The translations under genes and the position numbers were made by a program. A stretch of DNA of 15,414 bases from Amoeboradix gromovi X-113 (lineage: Eukaryota; Fungi; Sanchytriomycota), in NCBI GenBank assembly GCA_018985225.1, contig JADGIF010000192.1:1-15414 (forward strand), in the 5' to 3' direction. The notes under the pieces are model-generated. The model was not told the DNA's origin and did not search any database. It worked only from the letters and a program-made list of their open reading frames with translations. Below are positions 1 through 7,382 of the stretch, in pieces (positions within the stretch are counted from its first letter, which is position 1; each line of letters begins with the position of its first letter).

Positions 1-206
1 GCAAGTGTTATGAAAGGATTCAATCGTTGCGTCAATTGTCAGCAATGCGGTCACCAAGACCATAGAGATATTGATGCAGGTGCTTCAAAATAATCTAGGC
101 AAGAACATGCTCAAATGGTATCTCCCCAAGTTGTCTACACTTGAGAAGTGTGGGGTTTGAAATCTTCTTGATTTTCGAATTCTTCACATTTAACGTAGGC
201 GTTCAC
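1..206 (+). mobile_element. 3' remnant of a second TnpB/Fanzor-like element (zinc-finger half, RuvC-III-like motif, putative omegaRNA/right end); runs off the window start
   Basis: Frame 1 reads ASVMKGFNRCVNCQQCGHQDHRDIDAGASK*, matching the CxxCG...xRD motif of TnpB/Fanzor C-termini. It is followed by the hairpin ACACTT-GAG-AAGTGT and the end sequence TTTAACGTAGGCGTTCAC, which resembles TTTTAACGAGGAGTACA at the right end of the 568-1130 element. Confidence 0.6.
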
Positions 207-221
207 TTGAAGTTAGATACA

Positions 222-400
222 AGTTTTCCACTGACTTGAGACGGGATTGGATGTATATGTTTCAAGCACATGGCCTCTCATTACTTCAATATGACAGTTG
301 GCACAAGTGCGTCCACAAGTTGGTTCTCTTCAGAGTACCGTACCATTTGCGAGTATGAATTCAATACAATCTATCTACTTTTTTCCAGTTATTTACGGTG
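222..400 (-). pseudogene. Highly degenerate Fanzor2 C-terminal fragment (copy C), same family as 568-1130 and 6899-7496
   Basis: Minus strand with frameshifts reads GKK*IDCIE...YGTLKRTNLWT/TCANCHIEVMRGHV/NIYI, then AATCCCGTCTCAAGTCAGTGG. It aligns at DNA level to 665-810 and 6995-7175, but the downstream omegaRNA hairpins are lost. Confidence 0.75.
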
Positions 401-567
401 GATGCGAGACCAGATTATCTTGGTTTTATGTAATTAGAAAAGATCCACATATGCCAAGGAAAAACGGATTACGTAGCTCAGTAGCATCATAATACTCTGT
501 AATAAATAGTATTAGAGAACTTTTACTTTAATCTTAACAGACCTCTTGTTTAAGTACGTGTTTTATA

Positions 568-700
568 TGTACTCCTCGTTAAAAGTCCTGATTACCGAGA
601 AAACCGAGAATTTCCACAGAGAAACTAGCAGTACTAGATGCTCCGTTACAGTGATTGCTCACGCTTTCACTAACCTGAGGCGGGATTGAATAAGGATGCA
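568..700 (-). ncRNA. Putative Fanzor omegaRNA scaffold, copy A
   Basis: Conserved non-coding tail after the RuvC-III motif. It contains the stem AGTGA..TCACT with an inner GC-GTGA-GC GNRA loop (650-671), a second hairpin (618-644) and a terminal hairpin ACTTTT-AACG-AGGAGT. Homology to copy B stops abruptly after GAGGAGT. Confidence 0.7.
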
Positions 701-716
701 GATACTTGATGTATAT

Positions 717-936
717 GTTCCTTGCTACCATATGGTCTCTATCTTCAAATGACAGTTGGTACAAGTGTAGGTTTCTAAGCTGGTTTTCTTTAGAGTCCCA
801 CACCTTGTACATAGCATCGAATTTGTTCCTTGGTGCCATGTGGTCCATGTCCACTTCCAAATGACACTATTTACATGAATAGCACTCCAAATTGTTTTTC
901 TTTAGAGTGCCACATATTGTACATGGCATCAAATTT
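717..936 (-). repeat. Diverged tandem duplication (112 bp and 108 bp units) of the tnpA/Fanzor deletion junction plus zinc finger
   Basis: On the minus strand, units 825-936 and 717-824 both begin AAATTYGATGCYATGTACAA and end CAAGGAAC. Confidence 0.85.
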
Positions 937-1160
937 CCGTGTTTGGATCAGCTTATCAGTCTGAGACGAATGTATGCTGTGTCCGCTAGTTATTTCTTTA
1001 GAATTGATTTACCACTTTTGAAAAGGAAAAATATCGAGTATTTAAGCTATTAGAAAAATCTGGAAAAGTCTTGAAATTATACAAAAATATATACAAATTC
1101 TTGATAAATGATTTATTCAAGAAAACAATCTAACTGGGTCATTAAATCTGAAACGACGAA

Positions 1161-2103
1161 ATGAAAATTTTCAAATATAAGCTTTCGCTTTATTCAAAGC
1201 TAGCTCTCAGTATGTCAGTTATTCAAGCAATATGTATAATAATTCTGGAAATAATCGTAGTCACCAAACTGACACAAACAGAGCTTGAGGAAAATTTGAA
1301 AGGATTACCTGTGTATCTTGCTATATTTATATTTGGTCAGCTATTTCAAATTTATTTCAGTTGGGACGCAATTGCAAATGAAAATACTATCCAGTTGTTT
1401 GCTTGGGTTGGCATGAATTTTGCTAGTTTTGGATATTCACTTTTTCAAATTAAAGACGTATTCAGCACAAAGATTTGGTCAGAGTTTTACGGCTATTTCT
1501 ACGCTATTTGCGTATTCCTAGCTGTTTCTGCCGTCGTTAGTGGGTTTTTAACTTTCAAATTGTACTGCGAATACGGATGGAAAGTTTACAAAAAGATCGG
1601 TGCGGATCCTAGAATGAAGACAATGTACAGAACCTACCAGATCTTTCTCATGCTGCTCAAAGCTTGTTTTTTTGTCTTTGTGAGTTTTAGTTTACAGTTT
1701 ATGATTCTTGTCTTGAAAAAAGACGATCCTGAACTTTATCTTACAATTCTGGCACTAATCGTAACTGTTATTATCTTATTTATGGCATCTAAAGCACTCA
1801 TAAAGGAAAACAAACCGATGATGATCGGTTTTGTGTTCCTTACGGTTCTTGCTCTCATTTACTTCTTGTTTAAGCTTGTTAGAATGTATGATCCTGTCCA
1901 GGCTCCCAAGTATCGCTTTGTGAGCAACTACCTCACATTTTTTGGTATTTTTATCTAATTAAGCGGTTTTATCAATACTAATAGTGTTTGCTACATCTGT
2001 GAATGCTGTACTCTGTTTGCGTAATTTTGGGCAAGGTCTCAAAGGAGCAATTGAAAACGCAAGTCGAACCACAATCAACAGAATGCCTATAGAGGATCAA
2101 TAA
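1161..2103 (+). CDS. UPF0658-like fungal multi-pass (Golgi) membrane protein; two exons, 1161-1944 and 1964-2103, 307 aa
   Basis: Family-like motifs include YLAIFIFGQLFQ, DAIANENTIQ and EYGWKVYKKIGADPRMKTMYRTYQIFLMLLK. Removing the 19-nt intron gives the expected C-terminus LTFFAVLSILIVFATSVNAVLCLRNFGQGLK...RMPIEDQ*. Confidence 0.85.
1945..1963 (+). other. 19-nt spliceosomal intron GTATTTTTATCTAATTAAG
   Basis: GT...AG ends, CTAAT branch-like motif and an in-frame TAA. Excision restores the last TM helix and the NFGxGLK motif. Confidence 0.85.
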
Positions 2104-2153
2104 ATTGCAATGTTAATTAAAAATAGCTTATTCAAGTAGATAGGTTACTGTAT

Positions 2154-2528
2154 TTATTGCAAATATTTGAACAAAACATAAGCTGCAACTGCTACAAGTG
2201 GAACTATATAAGGATAATAGTTTGTTGATGATTCATGAACCTGCACTTTTATATTTCTGTTGTAAGGGTCTTCGTTTTTGCCTTGAATAGCGCTTTTCTT
2301 CAAATTACCAATCAGATATTCTGCCATCATTTCTCGCGCTTCATCAGAATGTCCGATATCCTCAAAAGAACCGGTTGCTTCTTGTCCGGCATGATCCATT
2401 AAGACTTCTTCACCACCAGGATGTGCATCAAGAAACTTGGAAACATCATATATTTTATTATGGATTGCCATCCATACATCGTTTCTCTTTGTATGTGATT
2501 GCACTTGTTCAATAGTGTAGTCTGGCAT
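2154..2528 (-). CDS. CYB5: Cytochrome b5, tail-anchored
   Basis: Heme-binding motifs HPGGEEVL and FEDIGHSDEAR, plus a C-terminal TM helix. Confidence 0.95.
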   Translation of the reverse strand: MPDYTIEQVQSHTKRNDVWMAIHNKIYDVSKFLDAHPGGEEVLMDHAGQEATGSFEDIGHSDEAREMMAEYLIGNLKKSAIQGKNEDPYNRNIKVQVHESSTNYYPYIVPLVAVAAYVLFKYLQ

Positions 2529-2659
2529 ATCCGTGTTTTAAAAATCAACTACATCTTTTTAAATACGGAAAAGACTTCATTTTGGCTAGCTACTATTTAT
2601 ATATAAGCACCTTTAGTTTTATTTTATAGAAGTGACAACGCTCCCTGAAACTTTTTCTC

Positions 2660-3628
2660 ATGATTTCCTCAATTTTGTTGAGTTGCACGAGTGTATTAGC
2701 CACCTATGAAAATCAAATGAAAGCACCATGGTATTTGGCTATGTTGTCTCACAATGAAAATCAGTACAACTATCCTGATACTGCTGGAAAACGCGTCATT
2801 GTTTACATTGTAGATCACTGTATTTCAAATAAGTTTCTAAACACACACGATGAAATCCTGCTTTCCAAAAACTTTGGATGTAATAGCTACAATAATAATC
2901 ATGGTGAACTCTCTGCCACTCTAGTCAATAACCCTGTTTTTGGAGTTGCAAAAGAAGCGAAGGTAATTGCGGTGGGGGTTTACACACAAAACCCGAATTT
3001 TATTTCTTCGGCGGCTAACAATGTATTGTCTTTTTTTAATCCCCCAACCCATGACAAACAATATGCCGAATTTGTTAATGCGATAAATTGGATTATAAAT
3101 GATGCCGAGAGAAGAGATATTAAAGCAGTAATAAATTTAAGTCTTTCATTAGATGATTCAAAAGAAGTTGAGGATAAAATTAGTGATGCGATCCATAATA
3201 ATATTGTAGTTGTGAAAGCAGCTGGTAACGAAAACACTAACGCATGCGATGAGTCTCTGAACAGAGTTCAAGGTGTTATAGTCGTGGGTGCAATTAAAAA
3301 GAATTTATCAAAATGGAAGAAATCTAATTATGGCGAATGTGTTACCTTGTTCGCACCTGGACATGGAATACACATAGATAAAAGCATTCCTAGCATTATT
3401 GGATATAGAGGTACCAGTATTTCTGCTGCGATCGTGTCTGGAGTGGCTGCTGTTTATTTATCAGTGGGATGCACCGCAAATAATGTTTTAGCTGTATTGA
3501 AAGGTACTGCAATATCCGATTCAATAAAAGACGAATCGTGCTATGGTACTGGTTGTTTAAAAGGATCACCTAATAAAATTGTTCAAATTGCGGACAATGC
3601 AGCATTTTATTGTACTCCGGAAGAATAA
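2660..3628 (+). CDS. Secreted subtilisin-like serine protease (S8, proteinase K-like), divergent, no I9 propeptide
   Basis: Signal-like N-terminus followed by QxxAPW. Catalytic motifs are VYIVD (Asp), NHG (His), AAGNEN (oxyanion Asn) and GTSIS (Ser); also SNYGECVTLFAPG. Confidence 0.9.
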   Translation: MISSILLSCTSVLATYENQMKAPWYLAMLSHNENQYNYPDTAGKRVIVYIVDHCISNKFLNTHDEILLSKNFGCNSYNNNHGELSATLVNNPVFGVAKEAKVIAVGVYTQNPNFISSAANNVLSFFNPPTHDKQYAEFVNAINWIINDAERRDIKAVINLSLSLDDSKEVEDKISDAIHNNIVVVKAAGNENTNACDESLNRVQGVIVVGAIKKNLSKWKKSNYGECVTLFAPGHGIHIDKSIPSIIGYRGTSISAAIVSGVAAVYLSVGCTANNVLAVLKGTAISDSIKDESCYGTGCLKGSPNKIVQIADNAAFYCTPEE

Positions 3629-3862
3629 ATCCTATACGTTTAACGGATTCTTAACCTAGGGTAGAATTGGAGTAGCCTAACTGTATTATCTGTCTTCTAA
3701 TTTTATTTTAACTCTGATAATGAGCACTAGACCTTGGAGTGATTGCTTTCAGAGTCAGAATCTTCAATTGGTTGATCCAAATTGATGAAGATCCTATTCT
3801 CAGACATTTGAGCCAATCATTTATATTTGCTTTTATTTAAAGAGACCCTTTCTGTTTATGTT

Positions 3863-4843
3863 ATGATTTCTCTATTTGTTTTGGGAACATTGTTTGCTAC
3901 AACTGCAAGTTCAGATGATCAAGGGGAACCGGATACTAATGATCTCTCACTTAAAGAGAACTCAGGCAATAGCTCTAGCATATCTGAGGAAATAGCGACA
4001 GTGCAAACAGGTCAAGACAATCCGTGGACAGAGATGGGGATCCCAACTAAACGCAGATTAATTCATGTGAGCACATCAGTTAACAACACTTGTGTACTTG
4101 GTCGCAAAGAAGACATCTATTGCTCAGAAATAGGGAAGGGTGAATGGACTCAAAAAGCAGGTAAACTCGGCTGGATATCAATAAACTGGCCTGCAGCTTA
4201 CGGAGCACGGGATACGATGGTATATTACGCTCCCGATATGACAATTGCTTCCCCTGCGTGGGTTGGAATACCAGGACCCCAAGGATTAACAGTTGCATCT
4301 GTTGAAGTATCAGTTGATGTTGTTTGTGTTGTAACAACTACGAATGCTATATATTGCAGGACTAGCGATCTGGCTCCCCCTGAAAAGCCTGCAGTGCAGG
4401 CTGATGGTGGTGAGGCAGCTGATGGTGGTGAGGCGGCTAATGGTGGTGAGGCAGCTAATCCCAATGTTGTGAAGTTGACTGGAGCTGAAGGCTTTGTTTG
4501 GGGTGCAAAAGCTGGCAATGCTACTAGTATTGCCATTTACGATAGTCGTGGATGTATAATAACTTTAGACGCTAAGCTCTTGTGTTCTTCCGATCTCAAA
4601 TCAGCAGATGATGACTGGGAAGCAGTTGATATAGGGGCTAAAACATTCGTGTCCATCGACATGTCATTGAATAAGGTTTGCGGGATGACAGCTGCCGGGG
4701 AGATATATTGCGCTGCATTTATGGGAAATCAGTGGACCTTGATTAAGAGTGAGGCAATGGGCATGTTTTCGTTCGCCTACAATACGTTTGTTGGTGTTGG
4801 AGCAGGCAAGCTACTGACATCGCAACAGCAGCTATTTGAGTAA
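3863..4843 (+). CDS. Secreted tectonin-like beta-propeller (lectin-like) protein; likely start is the ATG at 3863
   Basis: Signal peptide MISLFVLGTLFATTASS. Repeated blades resemble tectonin repeats: W-x-x-x-x-G-x-L-x-x-I-S-I, then VCVVTTTNAIYC, VCGMTAAGEIYC and TCVLGRKEDIYC. Family assignment is by eye. Confidence 0.65.
   Translation: MISLFVLGTLFATTASSDDQGEPDTNDLSLKENSGNSSSISEEIATVQTGQDNPWTEMGIPTKRRLIHVSTSVNNTCVLGRKEDIYCSEIGKGEWTQKAGKLGWISINWPAAYGARDTMVYYAPDMTIASPAWVGIPGPQGLTVASVEVSVDVVCVVTTTNAIYCRTSDLAPPEKPAVQADGGEAADGGEAANGGEAANPNVVKLTGAEGFVWGAKAGNATSIAIYDSRGCIITLDAKLLCSSDLKSADDDWEAVDIGAKTFVSIDMSLNKVCGMTAAGEIYCAAFMGNQWTLIKSEAMGMFSFAYNTFVGVGAGKLLTSQQQLFE
4400..4459 (+). repeat. Coding minisatellite, 18 bp x 3.3, encoding A(D/N)GGEA
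   Basis: GCTGATGGTGGTGAGGCA GCTGATGGTGGTGAGGCG GCTAATGGTGGTGAGGCA GCTAAT. Confidence 0.95.
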
Positions 4844-4852
4844 ATTCATTTA

Positions 4853-6178
4853 TTATTTAAAAATGCGCATCATCAACTTTCCTTGAGCACCCATTAATGC
4901 ATGATCGACCTCATATACATGCATCATAGTACCAGTGCTGATACAAAATAGTATGAATTCGGTTAGCTTACTGATACTGGGAAATATGGTTTCCAAGGTA
5001 CGCGGGAGCATATATAGCGCCAGCTCTGTTCTTCTTCCATATGGTTCAATAATAATACAACAACCAGCTAGGAACCCATTTAGCATATAATGGATTTTAG
5101 ATTCTGTGTTTCTAAATCTACGGAAAAAACAAAGAGAACCAAACGTAGTAGTGCTTAAAGCACTAAGGAATAAGCTACTGCGAATTGCAGAAGTAAAACT
5201 AAACTTTAAAGCATATTTTGGGTGCTTTCGTAAAGTATGAAATTTGAAGATTATCGTGGTAGCCAAGCTCAATGGTGAATATATTTTCATACATCTTAGA
5301 AAAACGTTTAGAAAGTAGATTGGATAATGTGACTCACATGATATATTTGGATGCATAACCTGGCAATTCTCTAATTTGTTGTTTTGAATGACATTACTGC
5401 TTATTAAATTCATCATTTTAATACCGTCATGCTGGAATCGATCTTGAATTCCACAGATATAAAAAAGAAAATTTCTGTAGGATTTGGGTAACTTCAACGG
5501 CGAAAAGACGATATTATACAGGATTACAGAGCATGAGCAGGCCATGAAAAATATGTTACCATGTGTATTACAGAACTCGATAAAATTATCCTTTGAGTTA
5601 GATTTTGGAATTGGAGTGGTTGGCGGTGAATCAAATAATTCAAAAGTGCTAGGCTCTTCCTTTACTTGTAATTTGAATATTAACAGTTTAACTGCGGAAT
5701 AGAGACTACGGGCGCAAACAAACCAGACTATTCCGTTGCGTCTTTTTGTGTTTGTATCCAACAATATTGAGCTGCCTGCAATAGCACCTGCAACAAAAGC
5801 ACGAGGTTTAAGGTTTGTATAATGTGATACATTGCACATAAAAATTCTGTACAAGCTTACATAACTACTCAGAAACATGGCAAACTTTACGGTATCCCAT
5901 TTGAAGCTAAAAATATTGTAAATACTCTTACGGAGCAATGGGAGAACATAAATAACATGCTTAACAAGAAAACTAATTACAAAGGTTCGAGATAATCCAC
6001 GTATCGCATGTATATTGCAAGACATTTCATGATGGTGGCATCTAACCGAAAGATCCCCAGATGATTGCTTTTTTAAATTCCTTTGTATACTTGTAAGTCT
6101 ATTGATTACGTGTTCTGTTTCTTTATCTGTTAGTACTTTAGCAAGCAACTGAGTTACTGATTCTATCCAGGTGGACAT
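4853..6178 (-). CDS. TMEM135-like (peroxisomal/mitochondrial) membrane protein; likely start is the ATG at 6178
   Basis: Two-repeat hydrophobic architecture with AFVAGAIAGSSILL, C-x-x-x-HP-x-x-SC, IRSSLFLS and IEPYGRRTELALYMLPRTLE. Confidence 0.85.
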   Translation of the reverse strand: MSTWIESVTQLLAKVLTDKETEHVINRLTSIQRNLKKQSSGDLSVRCHHHEMSCNIHAIRGLSRTFVISFLVKHVIYVLPLLRKSIYNIFSFKWDTVKFAMFLSSYVSLYRIFMCNVSHYTNLKPRAFVAGAIAGSSILLDTNTKRRNGIVWFVCARSLYSAVKLLIFKLQVKEEPSTFELFDSPPTTPIPKSNSKDNFIEFCNTHGNIFFMACSCSVILYNIVFSPLKLPKSYRNFLFYICGIQDRFQHDGIKMMNLISSNVIQNNKLENCQVMHPNISCESHYPIYFLNVFLRCMKIYSPLSLATTIIFKFHTLRKHPKYALKFSFTSAIRSSLFLSALSTTTFGSLCFFRRFRNTESKIHYMLNGFLAGCCIIIEPYGRRTELALYMLPRTLETIFPSISKLTEFILFCISTGTMMHVYEVDHALMGAQGKLMMRIFK

Positions 6179-6898
6179 CTTCGGCAATTCTGTTTTAGAT
6201 ACAAGATTGGAGACAAATTATTTAAAGAAGACCTTACAGCACGAGTAGACCATGGTTCCATGATTGCCAAATATCTGGTGGTGTAAAAAATCATTTTGGC
6301 CGCATGTTAATGTGCTTGATCTTTGAAATAAATCTTATGTTGTTTAACGAATTACTCAATTGACCTTCTACAACATTGGCTAATATTACTTAGATTTCAG
6401 TCGCAACTAATTGCCTTAGCGAACAAATTCTATAGATAACAAAATCCACAGTTCCAAATCAGCTATATTCTTCAAATGATCTCTAAATACTTTATCCACC
6501 TCGTCAAGATTATCATGACATCGTAAAAATAAATTGGAACTAAGGCATGCAGCACCTATAGACATGAGCCGAGAATTGCTTTGTAAAGCTACTTTGTATT
6601 GCTGCTAAACTTAGGGTTTTCGACATTTATAACAGCCTAATCCCTCTTGGACAAAAACTTTGTTGGAAAATCGGCAGGCTAGTCTTTCAATCATACCGAG
6701 GTATACAAAAACAATTGCAAGCGCTAATTTGAAAACAAGAATTTTCCAAAAAAGATTCTTAAATGTTTGAGAGTAACTGTGCAATTTTGTTGAAGCGGCA
6801 GCTCTTAAAATGGGATATCTCCGCGCATTTAGCTACTAATCTATTAATTAACATCTTTGCGCAAGTCAGATAGGTTGTATCCATTTCATATTCAAGTC

Positions 6899-7030
6899 TG
6901 ACTCCTCATTAAAAGTCCTGATTTCCGGGAAAATCGAAAAATTTCCACAGAGAAACTAATGCTAGTTTCTCCGTTACAGTGATCGCTTACGCTTTCACTA
7001 CCCTAAGGCGGGATTGAATATGGGGTTCCT
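6899..7030 (-). ncRNA. Putative Fanzor omegaRNA scaffold, copy B
   Basis: Hairpins: AGTGA..GC-GTAA-GC..TCACT (6978-6999, GNRA loop), GAGAAACTA-GCAT-TAGTTTCTC (perfect 9-bp stem, 6950-6971) and terminal GACTTTT-AATG-AGGAGTC (6900-6917). Confidence 0.75.
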
Positions 7031-7308
7031 TGCTGCCACATTGTCTCTATCTATATCCGAATGACAATTGGTACAAGTGTAAGCTTCTAAGCTGGGTTTC
7101 TTTAGAGTACCACATCTTGTACATCTCTGACTAGTAAATGATTCATTACATTCAACCATCTTTTTTCCTCTTTGTTTACACTTGAACTACAAGCGTTCCT
7201 TGAAGGTGTATTGGGACATTGTAGCCATGTTTCTTGCGACTTGCTCGACAAGCTACTTATCATTTGACTAGTATTGAACGATGGTAAGTATATAAGATCA
7301 TATGTCTT
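6998..7308 (-). pseudogene. tnpB: Fanzor2 (IS607-type TnpB) C-terminal ~100 aa, with one frameshift (about 7241) and one nonsense codon (7187-7189)
   Basis: Reads KTYDLIYLPSFNTSQMISSLSS/VARNMATMSQYTFKERL*FKCKQRGKKMVECNESFTSQRCTRCGTLKKPSLEAYTCTNCHSDIDRDNVAARN. It has Pro at the canonical RuvC-II Glu site, an alternative Glu in NESFTS, CxxC-CxxC and the DRD..AARN RuvC-III motif. Confidence 0.92.
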
Positions 7309-7309
7309 T

Positions 7310-7382
7310 GTATGCTGTACCTGTTAATTATTTCTTTAAATTTGAGATATTCGGAATTACATCCATTAATTCCATTTACCAT
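7310..7382 (-). pseudogene. tnpA: 5' stub of an IS607-type serine recombinase (MerR-like HTH)
   Basis: Reads MVNGINGCNSEYLKFKEIINRYSI; copy A extends the consensus with SIHSS...KLIQTRKFDA. This resembles the IS607 TnpA N-terminal HTH and lies between the left end and the Fanzor remnant, but it is short. Confidence 0.55.

Larger units (their letters stand above)
568..1130 (-). mobile_element. Non-autonomous IS607-like/Fanzor2 deletion derivative (copy A): left end, tnpA stub, duplicated Fanzor zinc-finger tail, omegaRNA/right end
   Basis: 571-812 aligns with 6901-7124 and 971-1130 aligns with 7309-7496. Minus strand reads CTRCGTLKKTSLETYTCTNCHL/DRDHMVARNIYIKYL (one frameshift) and KEITSGHSIHSSQTDKLIQTRKFDA (HTH-like stub). 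Confidence 0.85.

Noticed and set aside
579-860. Listed 93-aa minus-strand ORF as a real gene
   Set aside because: It is a mosaic of Fanzor frames and read-through into the omegaRNA/right end, and it starts at TTG.
220-936. CRISPR array or leucine-rich-repeat gene
   Set aside because: The repeats are over 100 bp, diverged, lack spacers and translate to the TnpB/Fanzor zinc finger.
6179-6262. Upstream exon for the TMEM135-like gene via a GT..AG intron
   Set aside because: The donors I tested give the wrong frame or a stop; the ATG at 6178 suffices.
6300-6880. Short ORFs between the TMEM135-like gene and element copy B
   Set aside because: Only fragments of about 50 aa with no recognisable motif; no call can be supported.
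7187-7189. TAG reassignment: in-frame stops in the Fanzor remnants are TAG, and no host gene here ends in TAG
   Set aside because: None of the ten long host ORFs contains an in-frame TAG, and the remnants also carry frameshifts, so ordinary decay is the simpler explanation.
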